A stretch of 64,000 nucleotides of DNA from a bacterium (GCA_027482685.1 JAIXVU010000009.1:14866-78865), one strand, 5' to 3'. Shown: positions 1 to 9,120, counted from the first letter of the stretch. A program made the numbers and translations. Notes: generated from the sequence alone by a model not told the origin.

Positions 1-52
1 ACTGCGGACTTCTAAGCCGTTATTCGTGGTTCGATTCCACGCGAGGGCACCA
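1..52 (+). tRNA. tRNA-Arg(TCT), 3' portion only; the 5' part lies upstream of the window
   Basis: The anticodon arm is GCGGA/CTTCTAA/GCCGT with U33, anticodon TCT and A37. The T-arm is CGTGG-TTCGATT-CCACG (25-41). The acceptor 3' strand CGAGGGC is followed by discriminator A and an encoded CCA at 50-52. Confidence 0.55.
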
Positions 53-63
53 ATTACCACACA

Positions 64-801
64 ATGAAGAAATCATTCCCCATTATTTTTGAAAATACTC
101 ACGCGCTTGCCATTGATAAGCCTGCGGGTATTATGGTGCACCCTGATGACAGACAGGATGAATATACGATAGCGGACTGGATGCGCGAGACTTACGAAGT
201 GAGGGGGATAGGCGATGATGGTCGTGAAGGAATAGTACATAGACTAGACCGTAATACAACAGGTGTGCTTATCCTTGCAAAAGATAACATTGCATATACA
301 TCCTTTAAGAAACAGTTTCGTGATCACACAACACGCAAGGTATATCGTGCAATAGTGGAGGGTCATATTAGAAATGAGACTGGAATGATATCGCTACCCA
401 TTGCACGAGCTAAGAGTGATTTTCGTAAGCGTACGGTTGTAGACATGTTTTCAAAAGATGCAAGAGGTGAAGAACGTGAAGCAGTCACACGGTACAAGGT
501 ATTGGAAAAGGTAACCTCACCTGACGGGCGTAATTATTCATATGTTGAGTGTTATCCATTAACTGGACGTACTCACCAGATACGTGCACATTTCCGCGGT
601 ATTAGGCATCCGATTATTGGGGACGATTTGTACGGATCAACAAACGGGAAAGATGTGGCTCCACGGTCTATGCTCCATGCATATAGTCTAACTCTTGATA
701 TTCCAGAGGATGTTGAAGGGAAGAAAGAGCGAACGATTATGTCTCCAGTTCCAAAAGACATGAAGGAAACACTTAAAAAACTCGGGTTTACAAGCGAATA
801 A
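64..801 (+). CDS. RluA-family pseudouridine synthase
   Basis: The 245-aa ORF has the HRLDRNTTGVLILAK motif characteristic of the RluA/RsuA catalytic core. It starts 12 nt after the upstream tRNA. Confidence 0.8.
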   Translation: MKKSFPIIFENTHALAIDKPAGIMVHPDDRQDEYTIADWMRETYEVRGIGDDGREGIVHRLDRNTTGVLILAKDNIAYTSFKKQFRDHTTRKVYRAIVEGHIRNETGMISLPIARAKSDFRKRTVVDMFSKDARGEEREAVTRYKVLEKVTSPDGRNYSYVECYPLTGRTHQIRAHFRGIRHPIIGDDLYGSTNGKDVAPRSMLHAYSLTLDIPEDVEGKKERTIMSPVPKDMKETLKKLGFTSE

Positions 802-886
802 GTATACAGTGTGCCTCTTGCGAGGGATCTCTTTTTGTGATAGTATTTGCCTACTTAGATACATTTTCTGGAATATTTCAATTTTT

Positions 887-1315
887 ATGGAAACAACAAT
901 AAAGCTAACACCGGTAGACATTGATGCTCGAAAAGCACTTGATTTTTCATCAGGAGATGTTGTTCGTGTGTGGAATAAAATTAAAGAAGCTGACGGCAAG
1001 ACTCGTTTACAGGCATTTGAAGGTATGGTGCTTGCTCGTAAGCATGGTACAGAGATCGGGGCTACGTTTACCGTTCGTAAGGTAGCATCAGGTGTAGGAG
1101 TTGAACGTGTATTCCCACTTTTCTCAGTAACAATTGATAAAGTTGAGATTGTACGCCGTGCACGCACTCGTCGTAGTAAGCTCTATTATGTTCGCGATAA
1201 GGCGCTCCGCGATGTACGTCGTAAGCTAAAGAAAGATACTCGTGTTGTGAAGAAGGGAAGCACAACAACAGTAGAGGCAGCTGCTGAAGAAGTTGTCGAA
1301 GAAGTAACAGCATAG
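887..1315 (+). CDS. rplS: 50S ribosomal protein L19, with a Lys/Glu-rich C-terminal extension
   Basis: The protein begins METTIKLTPVDIDARKALDFSSGDVVRVWNKIKE...RLQAFEGMVLARKHG, which is a typical L19 core. The ATG at 887 is preferred over the ORF-track start at 809. Confidence 0.8.
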   Translation: METTIKLTPVDIDARKALDFSSGDVVRVWNKIKEADGKTRLQAFEGMVLARKHGTEIGATFTVRKVASGVGVERVFPLFSVTIDKVEIVRRARTRRSKLYYVRDKALRDVRRKLKKDTRVVKKGSTTTVEAAAEEVVEEVTA

Positions 1316-1423
1316 AGAAATTAAAGAGCGACGCCGTAGGCATCGCTCTTTAATTATTCGTTACTTTATGGTAGTATTTCAATACCTCAAGAGTTTCTTT
1401 AAAGCTTTTTGCTAATAGGAAAT

Positions 1424-1510
1424 GCCCGGGTGGCGAAATTGGTAGACGCACTACCTTGAGGTGGTAGCGCTGGCAACGGCGTGCTGGTTCAAGTCCAGTC
1501 TCGGGCACCA
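1424..1510 (+). tRNA. tRNA-Leu(GAG), class II with a long variable arm and encoded CCA
   Basis: The acceptor GCCCGGG pairs with CTCGGGC. The anticodon stem CTACC/GGTAG carries loop TTGAGGT, giving anticodon GAG. A long variable arm and the T-loop TTCAAGT are present, ending in ACCA. Confidence 0.8.
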
Positions 1511-1516
1511 AATATA

Positions 1517-1550
1517 AAAAGATGAATGTCGTAGACATTCATCTTTTTAT
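1517..1550 (+). terminator. Rho-independent terminator hairpin after tRNA-Leu
   Basis: The inverted repeat AAAGATGAATGTC/GACATTCATCTTT is followed by a T-rich tract. Confidence 0.5.
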
Positions 1551-1658
1551 ATTAATCTTTAATTACAACATATTCCTAAAATTATAAAAATGTGGTAGAG
1601 TAAAAGCCTTATTCACCACGAATAAGATATTGTTTACATTAATAAGCAGTATAGAGAT

Positions 1659-1734
1659 GGTGGCTATAGTGTAATGGTTAGCACTAGGGTTTGTGGAACC
1701 CTCAGTTCGGGTTCAAATCCCGATAGCCACACCA
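1659..1734 (+). tRNA. tRNA-His(GTG) with an extra 5' G(-1) and encoded CCA
   Basis: The acceptor GTGGCTA pairs with TAGCCAC. The anticodon stem AGGGT/ACCCT carries loop TTGTGGA, giving anticodon GTG. The T-loop is TTCAAAT, and G-1 precedes the acceptor stem. Confidence 0.8.
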
Positions 1735-1780
1735 TATGTAAAATGACTGATATCTTTTGATATCAGTCATTTTACATATG
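1733..1780. repeat. Perfect 22-bp inverted repeat with a 4-nt loop, immediately 3' of tRNA-His
   Basis: CATATGTAAAATGACTGATATC-TTTT-GATATCAGTCATTTTACATATG. Confidence 0.7.
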
Positions 1781-1911
1781 GTGCGGCTAAGCAACTGACC
1801 TGCGTCAGTTGCGTTGGGATTTGAAGGCCGCAGCTATGTTTTTCTAGCAAGAAAAACGAGCGAGGGGCGGGCTGCGAGTCCGACGAGTGGCGACGAGGAG
1901 GAACTTATAGC

Positions 1912-1928
1912 CAAATCCCGATAGCCAC
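1912..1928 (+). repeat. 17-nt direct repeat of the tRNA-His 3' end (att-site-like partial duplication)
   Basis: CAAATCCCGATAGCCAC at 1912-1928 is identical to tRNA-His positions 1714-1730. The T-arm context is lost and CCA is replaced by TGG. Confidence 0.6.
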
Positions 1929-2003
1929 TGGTGGAAAAGTAAAATAGGAGTAGAATAGAATTATGAAAATTAAAAAATTGTAGGACTTATTTCCATATCT
2001 GTA

Positions 2004-2735
2004 GTGAGTACAGCCTCACTTGTTTTTGCAGGAACGGCTTACACAGATATTATTGGAGTCACCACCTACAATGATGGTGTAACCTCTAATACAGATGCTT
2101 TCGGGTATACACGTTTTAGTAATGGTTTAACTGCGAAAACAGATGTTCTTGGTGTTACTCAGTACACTAACAGTTCAGGTGTAAATATTGGAAGTTCTTA
2201 TGTTGATGCAATAGGTGTTAGACACTTCAAATTTTCTGATGGAACCACAATAACAGCAAAAAAAGATGGTTTAGGTAATGTTATTTACAGTGACGGTAAA
2301 GGGAATTCAGGGACATCTTATACAGACAGTTTTGGGTATACGCATTACAGCGGTAATATCTTTAATGAGAATAAATGTGAGTATAATCAAACTTATAATA
2401 GTCAGAGCGGTAAGTGTGATTGTGTGAATGGGTTCACTTTTGATTCCTACATAAATAAATGTACCATTGTAGTACCAAAAAATGCCCTATCTGATTCGTG
2501 TACAACAGAAACATTAAATGTGGTTAAATCTAAGTACGGCATCTCAGAACAAGAAACTAACTTACAGTCCCTCAAAACAAAAATATCTGAGCTTCAATAT
2601 CAGAAATCTTTAGTCCCGTCTCAGGTTCAGAAAGAGTCTGTTGGTACAGGGCGTACAGACTCAGGAATTGATCCAATAATTAATGCAAGAGTTAGGGGTT
2701 TAGAGAATCAAATCAGTTTACTTAATTACAACTAG
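2004..2735 (+). CDS. Secreted or surface repeat protein with ~22-aa Thr/Gly/Tyr-rich repeats and a Cys-rich module
   Basis: The 243-aa ORF starts with GTG. It has repeats of the TDxxGxTxYxxG type and a CxC..GF Cys-rich segment. A signal-peptide-like segment KIVGLISISVVSTASLVFA is encoded in frame upstream. A separate MKIKKL mini-ORF at 1963 lies in another frame across an A6 tract. Confidence 0.5.
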   Translation: MSTASLVFAGTAYTDIIGVTTYNDGVTSNTDAFGYTRFSNGLTAKTDVLGVTQYTNSSGVNIGSSYVDAIGVRHFKFSDGTTITAKKDGLGNVIYSDGKGNSGTSYTDSFGYTHYSGNIFNENKCEYNQTYNSQSGKCDCVNGFTFDSYINKCTIVVPKNALSDSCTTETLNVVKSKYGISEQETNLQSLKTKISELQYQKSLVPSQVQKESVGTGRTDSGIDPIINARVRGLENQISLLNYN

Positions 2736-2866
2736 AAGAGAGTTACTCAAAATATAATTCTGATTTAAATTTAGTTACAAACGAATGTAACGCTCTCGGT
2801 GAAAAGGTTAAACTAAAACAGCAAGCAGAGATACTTTACGGAAAACAAAACAGTGTACAACAAGTT

Positions 2867-3436
2867 GTGGTGCCAACAATTATTGAAGGGGGTTATTTTC
2901 GGGGAACAGAGTTATTTTGTGATAACGGGTATATTAAAGATTTAAATATTTTAAAATGCACAAAAGATACCTCTGTTGCTATATGCTCTGAAACTCGAGA
3001 TCAAAACGGAATCATTGCTATGACTTGTCGCTGCTCTCTTGGTTATAAATGGTTAGGTGGTACTAAGTGTCAAAAATATAATATTCAAACTGGGGAATTG
3101 ATTGAAGAAAAACCTGTAATCGCTCAATCTATGTTAATGGCGACTTCAGTTACAAATAACATTAACCAAAATATAGCGAAATCTCCTTCTGCATCGATTA
3201 AAGTTTTTACCAGAACTCTTAAGAGGGGTATGTCTGGAAATGATGTAAAACAATTACAAATATTTCTGCAAAAACTAAACTACTTACCAAGTACGCAAGT
3301 ACCATCAACATACTTTGGAACAATAACAAGCAATGCTCTTATAAGGTTTCAAAAGGATAACAAGATACAACCCGCAGCTGGATTATTCGGACCAGCAACT
3401 CAAGCAAAACTACTTTCTTTAGTTAATGGAATATAG
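2867..3436 (+). CDS. Cys-rich protein with a C-terminal peptidoglycan-binding (PG_binding_1-like) domain; possibly the C-terminal part of a disrupted longer gene
   Basis: The C-terminus LKRGMSGNDVKQLQIFLQKLNYLPS...GTITSNALIRFQKDNKIQPAAGLFGPATQAKL matches the PGBD1 pattern. The frame is open from 2813 and has no ATG. Confidence 0.45.
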   Translation: MVPTIIEGGYFRGTELFCDNGYIKDLNILKCTKDTSVAICSETRDQNGIIAMTCRCSLGYKWLGGTKCQKYNIQTGELIEEKPVIAQSMLMATSVTNNINQNIAKSPSASIKVFTRTLKRGMSGNDVKQLQIFLQKLNYLPSTQVPSTYFGTITSNALIRFQKDNKIQPAAGLFGPATQAKLLSLVNGI

Positions 3437-3479
3437 TGTGGAAAGGAGTAGGGTAAAGCAAATAACAGGAGTAAACTAT

Positions 3480-3977
3480 ATGAATATGAATAAAATTAAA
3501 TCTATTCTAGGAAATAAAAAATTGTATATCTTGCTGTTTCTTGTCTCTTTTGCAGGAAATCTATTTTTATTATCTGTGTTAGATAAACCACAACTACCTA
3601 TTAGCAAGAGATTAATAATTGGGAATTACGCACCAACCGATACAAACGGAACACTTTATTTAGCTCATGGCGTTATTGCTTTCCGAAATAAAAGTGATCA
3701 GCCTAAAAATGCTCTTCAGATAGTAACTTTTTATGCAGACAAAGAAACAGGTAAGTTTTACCAAGACCAAAATATTTTAATTGGAGATTCTATGACCTCT
3801 TTAGGTAGAGAAGAAATGGAGCTGGTGTCTTATGATAAAAATACGAATATGATAACTCTTTCTGGTGCTGGCTGGTCAAAAGTAATAATTAACGCACCAG
3901 AGAAAAAGGTCATTGAAGCTACTGATACTACTGGTGATGTTGTCTATTTAAAAAGCACCTGGGAAATAAATAATTAA
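3480..3977 (+). CDS. Hypothetical membrane-anchored or secreted protein
   Basis: The ORF has an N-terminal hydrophobic segment LYILLFLVSFAGNLFLLSV. The start is chosen at MNMNK. Confidence 0.4.
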   Translation: MNMNKIKSILGNKKLYILLFLVSFAGNLFLLSVLDKPQLPISKRLIIGNYAPTDTNGTLYLAHGVIAFRNKSDQPKNALQIVTFYADKETGKFYQDQNILIGDSMTSLGREEMELVSYDKNTNMITLSGAGWSKVIINAPEKKVIEATDTTGDVVYLKSTWEINN

Positions 3978-4042
3978 AATATGTGAAAAAACTTATACTG
4001 CTGTCCTCCTTAAATAGAATCTATGTTTATACCAAAAAGTAT

Positions 4043-5155
4043 ATGAGAATAATAATCTTATTTTTACTTTTAACTAATCTTGTTTCAGTTACACCAACCC
4101 CATCTTTTGCTTATGGAGAATGTTCTGATTATGGACCTATGGCGATGTTGGATATTCTTACAGACAAATGTAAATGTATGTCAGGGTATGTATTTGGTAC
4201 TGGAATGCTAGGAAAACCATATTGTGTATCTGGTGATTCAGTGTGTAGTGAAAAATATGGTTATCATTCAAATTACGATAGTATAAGCGGTTCGTGTGAG
4301 TGTTCTTATGGATATATCTTTGGTAAAGACTCGATAGGTAGAACACAGTGTGTTTCTCCAGACTCTATCTGCACCGATAAATTGGGCTACAATGCTCGGT
4401 ACAACACCCTTTCAGATTCATGTGAATGTAGTTCTGGTTATATTATTAGTGGAGGCGAGTGTAAGAATGGTAATTCTGTTTGTAGAACTAAACATGGTTC
4501 GTACTCAAGCTATTCAAGTTATGATAAAACTTGTGAGTGTGATAGTGGGTATACCTTTGATGACAGTAATCAATGCGTAGAAAAACAAAATAATGTCTAT
4601 TTTATATTGAAAGAGTTGGATGTAGATAATAAAAAGGCAATAATTAGAAGTGAATATGATAGCGGTTACTACTTAATTACATATGGTAGTGGGTGTTACA
4701 ACTCTTCATTTACCAAATACTTAAGAAAACAGATAGTCGTTAATTTAGGAACTGACTACGATTTAGATACTTGGGACAAAATCGTGCTGCAAAATGATAA
4801 CGAAACGTGCGACATTAGAAGTAGAGAAAGAGCAGATTCAAGCACAACTTTAGTTGAAGAGACAGATGATTACTATTCAGCCCAAGCTGTAAACTACAAC
4901 TATAAACCAGCAGCTAATCCCGTACCTATCAAACCTCAAGGTCAAAGCGTTGAACCTAAAGCAGTTCAGAAAGAAGCTGTAATAAATAATAAGAAAAATT
5001 CGATCATAACTGCAACAACTACGACAATACAAGCAACCACAACACCAATAATATTTAGAATACAAGCAACCACAACACAGACTGCGTTAATTAAAGAAAT
5101 GTCTTTTAATGAAAAAATGAAAAAATTCTTAAGAGAGTTATGGTTTTTTAATTAA
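4043..5155 (+). CDS. Secreted Cys-rich repeat protein with five EGF-like repeats (C-x-C-xxGY-xF...C) and a Thr-rich tail
   Basis: A signal peptide MRIIILFLLLTNLVSVTPTPSFA is present. The unit CxCxSGYxFG...C repeats five times, and the C-terminus is TATTTTIQATTTP. Confidence 0.55.
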   Translation: MRIIILFLLLTNLVSVTPTPSFAYGECSDYGPMAMLDILTDKCKCMSGYVFGTGMLGKPYCVSGDSVCSEKYGYHSNYDSISGSCECSYGYIFGKDSIGRTQCVSPDSICTDKLGYNARYNTLSDSCECSSGYIISGGECKNGNSVCRTKHGSYSSYSSYDKTCECDSGYTFDDSNQCVEKQNNVYFILKELDVDNKKAIIRSEYDSGYYLITYGSGCYNSSFTKYLRKQIVVNLGTDYDLDTWDKIVLQNDNETCDIRSRERADSSTTLVEETDDYYSAQAVNYNYKPAANPVPIKPQGQSVEPKAVQKEAVINNKKNSIITATTTTIQATTTPIIFRIQATTTQTALIKEMSFNEKMKKFLRELWFFN

Positions 5156-5159
5156 AGCT

Positions 5160-5702
5160 ATGAATAGTTTTTTTAAAGCAATTCTTTATACGCTTCTAAT
5201 TATAATTAGTATTTATCTCTTAATTGCATTTTGGTTTGTTGTATTACCGTTGATACTTTTTTTATATATTTGGATTATAGTCTCAGCAAACTCAAATCAC
5301 AAAAAAATCATGGAAGAGTATAAAAATGAAGAAATCATCCCTTTAGAAAATGATATACTTCATAGTATGAACAAATCATTACTAGACATTGAAGACGTAA
5401 AACTAGAAGATTTAGACCCTAAAAACTTTGAAAGCATAAAAGTGTATTCTGAAGATGACCACTTTATGAGAAGATTAATAAAATATAAGCCAACGGAAGA
5501 GTTGTTCTTTTATGAGTTTAATGAGGAAGTTGATTATGTAAATGGTAATGATCCGCAATATAGAACCTATATACTAGTAAAAGATGAACAAGAGGCAGAT
5601 GAGATAAATAAATTAGATTTTCTCCAAATACTCAAAATTACTCCTAGGTTAATTGACGACTGGAGAGCAGACGATACAAGAACAACTAAATGGATAAGGT
5701 AA
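5160..5702 (+). CDS. Hypothetical membrane protein
   Basis: The 180-aa ORF has an N-terminal TM helix and follows the previous gene by 5 nt. Confidence 0.4.
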   Translation: MNSFFKAILYTLLIIISIYLLIAFWFVVLPLILFLYIWIIVSANSNHKKIMEEYKNEEIIPLENDILHSMNKSLLDIEDVKLEDLDPKNFESIKVYSEDDHFMRRLIKYKPTEELFFYEFNEEVDYVNGNDPQYRTYILVKDEQEADEINKLDFLQILKITPRLIDDWRADDTRTTKWIR

Positions 5703-5735
5703 AATCTTATCCAAGAAATACATAATCTATTTATT

Positions 5736-6464
5736 ATGAAAAAAGAAGTTTCTGATATTGAAGGGGCTAAGCTTATAGGTAAGCATTCGGCGTCGTTACT
5801 TGTTCAACTTTTTCCAGTACTTCTTGGAGTTAGTCCAACTTGGCAGTTATTATTTTTAACGGCTGGTGGAATGATTAATGCTTGGGGTGATTTCGGGCAA
5901 AGTAGAGTTAATGAGTTAATTAGTTTTATTTCACAACATAAAGATGAATTTATATTAGAGGTTGTGGAATCTGAAAAGTTTAAAGCGGTGTTTTTGGTGG
6001 TTCTTGAGCTCCATATGAAAGAGACTAGCGAGAGAAGAAGGAACCTTCTTAAAAATTACCTACTGAATGTCGGTAGAGACGTTCATCCTGAATTTGATGA
6101 ACATACAAAAATTATTTCAACAATGAATATAATATCTTTTCAAGAAATAGAAGTCTTACAAATTTTCAATAGTGGAGGGGTTATAGAAAATTATAAAAGA
6201 AGTCACCAAGGGACCGAAAATATGGCCTTTTCTTATGGTGGGATTGCCAGTGCTGTCTGGGACGTGACACCAAATGACCATCCATTGCGTATCCTTTTTC
6301 CAATGCAAGGACCAAGAGATAAAATGAACCAAATATTACTCTCTTTGGGTAATAAAGACTTATTATATACAATGAATGCTGATAATTTTGGTTCTGGTGA
6401 GGAAGTTAAGGTTAGAAACATTACTGAATTCGGAAAGAAATTTCTTGACTTTATTTCTGCATAA
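5736..6464 (+). CDS. Hypothetical protein
   Basis: The 242-aa ORF has no recognisable motif. Confidence 0.4.
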   Translation: MKKEVSDIEGAKLIGKHSASLLVQLFPVLLGVSPTWQLLFLTAGGMINAWGDFGQSRVNELISFISQHKDEFILEVVESEKFKAVFLVVLELHMKETSERRRNLLKNYLLNVGRDVHPEFDEHTKIISTMNIISFQEIEVLQIFNSGGVIENYKRSHQGTENMAFSYGGIASAVWDVTPNDHPLRILFPMQGPRDKMNQILLSLGNKDLLYTMNADNFGSGEEVKVRNITEFGKKFLDFISA

Positions 6465-6466
6465 GT

Positions 6467-6697
6467 ATGAATCCTCAAGGCACTTGCCCCATCTGTGGAG
6501 ATAACTATAGAAATGAAGATAAAAAGGTTGAATACCATGTAACGTATAAACCTGAAGTTACTACATACACCTGTAGTGGATGCAATTATGCAGAACACTT
6601 GGTTCAACACCCAGAAATAAAAACAACGTACTTTATGGAGAAAAGAAAAAAGCTTGTAAGAGATTGGACCCTAAAAAATAGACCACTCATTACATAA
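6467..6697 (+). CDS. Small zinc-ribbon-like protein (CxxC...CxxC)
   Basis: The 76-aa ORF carries CPICG and CSGC pairs and starts 3 nt after the previous gene. Confidence 0.4.
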   Translation: MNPQGTCPICGDNYRNEDKKVEYHVTYKPEVTTYTCSGCNYAEHLVQHPEIKTTYFMEKRKKLVRDWTLKNRPLIT

Positions 6698-6727
6698 GGT
6701 CTTACTTATTAAATTTGATTAAATTAT

Positions 6728-7426
6728 ATGAAAATTAACACTACACTCTACAAAGTTTCTTCGATTCTTTTATTCGCAATAGTTATTAGCGGTGCTACAT
6801 TAGCTTATTCAAAAGCAGAAGGTAACCAAATTCAAGTTTGTGTTAAAAAAAGCGGGCTCATCTACGTGATTGGAGACGAGTATAAAAGAAGTGATTGTAA
6901 AAAGAATGATTCATTCTTAAGCTGGAACACAGCTGGTATCCAAGGCCCCAAAGGCGAGAAAGGGGATAAAGGTAAAGACGGTTCAAGCTTAAGAATTAAA
7001 GGTCCAAATGGTGAAGATTACGGTGTGTTAATTGGGACCAGTTTTTCATCAGATGGTAGTCTAAGGTATATGTCATACCTTGAAAGTCAGGAGGCTTTGC
7101 TTACAATTGATGCTACTTACAGCGATAATGAGTTGTATATAAACCAGTACGATCTACCAAGTGGGTATATAAATTTTGATTGTCTAAACAGACCTACGAC
7201 CTCTGGTTACTACACTGGTTTCGGAAATCTTAATCGTTTTAATAACCAAGTTGTCTTTTCAGGCGTTGTTAATAACGGAACTGAATTTGTAAAAGACGGT
7301 AAGACATATGTTATGACCAAAGAGCTAAAGAAAGTTGGTGAAGAGTGCCCTGGGTTTGTTGGGTATCTTGTAAGAGAGGTGAATCTACCACAGATGAATG
7401 CCCCAGTTTTTATTAAAAGTAACTAA
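6728..7426 (+). CDS. Secreted protein with a short collagen-like G-X-Y tract
   Basis: A signal peptide is present, and GIQGPKGEKGDKGKDGS forms five consecutive GXY triplets. Confidence 0.5.
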   Translation: MKINTTLYKVSSILLFAIVISGATLAYSKAEGNQIQVCVKKSGLIYVIGDEYKRSDCKKNDSFLSWNTAGIQGPKGEKGDKGKDGSSLRIKGPNGEDYGVLIGTSFSSDGSLRYMSYLESQEALLTIDATYSDNELYINQYDLPSGYINFDCLNRPTTSGYYTGFGNLNRFNNQVVFSGVVNNGTEFVKDGKTYVMTKELKKVGEECPGFVGYLVREVNLPQMNAPVFIKSN

Positions 7427-7522
7427 TATATGCAAATATATGAAAGAGTAAAAAATTCTATTTAATTATTTCTGTGTAATCTGAGTTCTAATACTGTCTA
7501 CAACAGTACACAGAAACTAACA

Positions 7523-7545
7523 AAACCCCGAAAGGGGTTTTGTTG
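7523..7545 (+). terminator. Rho-independent terminator
   Basis: AAAACCCCGAAAGGGGTTTTGTTGT. Confidence 0.55.
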
Positions 7546-7776
7546 TGCAGCTACCGGTAACAACTAGGTGATTATTGCGTGGGTTTTAAAAAAGCTTTCT
7601 AAAAGGAAGCGTAGTGGCCATCAAACCCTATTATAACTATAATAATAAAAACATCTCTTAAAATAAAAGTATTTTTTATTTAATTGTTTTTCTGTAACCT
7701 GCTTTGTAAAAACCCCTCATACGTATATAATTACACAATATTCTCTAGATATTTAATCACTGATTTTATAATAAAT

Positions 7777-8604
7777 ATGAAAACTGAAAAAACATTTCGC
7801 AACAAATTAAGTATCGCAAAGCAGTACTTCATCAATAAAATTTACGCTGCTATTAATAATCAAAAATTAAAATCTGTTCATTTTGATTTTGATTCAAATT
7901 ACAAAGACGGCATTCTAAAACTTAATAATTTTTCTCTGTGTTGTCGTAGAGAAGATTTTCATATAATTATGGAGACGTGTATATGCGATGATTACCAAAA
8001 AATTAAAGAAATGAAAATTAAAGAAGGTGATATCGTCTTTGATTTAGGTGCTCAAATAGGAAGTTTTGCAGTTATGGCAGCCAAACTCGGAGCGAAGGTC
8101 TACTCGTTTGAACCGAACAAGACTAATTACGGATTTTTAGAAAAAAATATTAAGATAAATAATCTTGAAGGTAAGATAATTCCTTTTAATATCGGAATTT
8201 ATAGTTTTGATGGTAAGGTTGGATTAAATACCGAGACATCAAATACTGGAGGTTATTCAATCGAGAAGGATAATGAAAGCAATGGTGAAGAAATAGAGGT
8301 TAAAAAAATGTCTACAGTTATGAGTGAGAATAATATCAAGAAAATTAATCTACTTAAGATAGATGTAGAAGGGTCAGAGTTTGAAATATTTAAGGGAGAT
8401 TTTAATTCGTTGCATATAGAGAAGATTGTTGGCGAATACCACCAAAGTTGGCAAAAGCCAAACGGATACCGAGATGTCAAAAAACTACTGACAACTTATA
8501 ATGTCAGTAGATATTTTCCGACTTATTTTTACGCAATAAAAAATAAGTTTACTGTGAAACAAAATACTAAAAAACAATACCAGTATCCCGGCGCAATGCT
8601 GTAA
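7777..8604 (+). CDS. FkbM-family SAM-dependent methyltransferase
   Basis: DLGAQIGSFAVMAAKLGAKVYSFEPN and LLKIDVEGSEFEIF match the Methyltransf_21 (FkbM) motifs. The start is taken at MKTEK. Confidence 0.6.
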   Translation: MKTEKTFRNKLSIAKQYFINKIYAAINNQKLKSVHFDFDSNYKDGILKLNNFSLCCRREDFHIIMETCICDDYQKIKEMKIKEGDIVFDLGAQIGSFAVMAAKLGAKVYSFEPNKTNYGFLEKNIKINNLEGKIIPFNIGIYSFDGKVGLNTETSNTGGYSIEKDNESNGEEIEVKKMSTVMSENNIKKINLLKIDVEGSEFEIFKGDFNSLHIEKIVGEYHQSWQKPNGYRDVKKLLTTYNVSRYFPTYFYAIKNKFTVKQNTKKQYQYPGAML

Positions 8605-8802
8605 CAGAAGAATAACCAACATGTACTCTTTATACCCTATCGAGAATAGCAGAGTAGGTTGGAACCGGTATACTATAAACGTATATGAAATTTAATGAAA
8701 TACCAAAAAAGCCATAGAAGCTATAGGAAGATTTACTCAAGAGCAATTAGCAAATAGAGAAGCTAGACTCCTAGCCCGGCACTACAAAGACAACTAGAAC
8801 AG

Positions 8803-9120
8803 ATGAAGATTCTTCTTAAAGATGATATTAAAAATGCTTGCGCTCATGGATTCGATGCATTGTGTAAAGTTTTTCTAGCAGCACCACTTAGTTCACTTTG
8901 GGAAGGAACAAAAGAATTGGGAGGCGTTGTTGCTCATAACCTTTCGACAAAGAACCCCAAGAAGAAGAAAAGTTATAGTAATGTCCCTGCTGCTATGGTG
9001 ACAGAATTTTTAGCTCAGTGGGGCAAAGGAACAGTGAGTGCTGCGAAGATGGCAGGAAACTTAAGTCTTGCTCTTGGTGGGGCGACGGTACTTGGTGGAC
9101 GATATACTATAGGAAAATAA
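8803..9120 (+). CDS. Hypothetical protein
   Basis: 105-aa ORF. Confidence 0.3.
   Translation: MKILLKDDIKNACAHGFDALCKVFLAAPLSSLWEGTKELGGVVAHNLSTKNPKKKKSYSNVPAAMVTEFLAQWGKGTVSAAKMAGNLSLALGGATVLGGRYTIGK

Noticed and set aside
688-1343. Minus-strand ORFs of 159 aa and 91 aa
   Set aside because: They are antisense to the rluA-family and rplS genes, which have strong protein-family signatures.
1350-1538. 62-aa minus-strand ORF
   Set aside because: It overlaps tRNA-Leu (its sequence is the tRNA read antisense).
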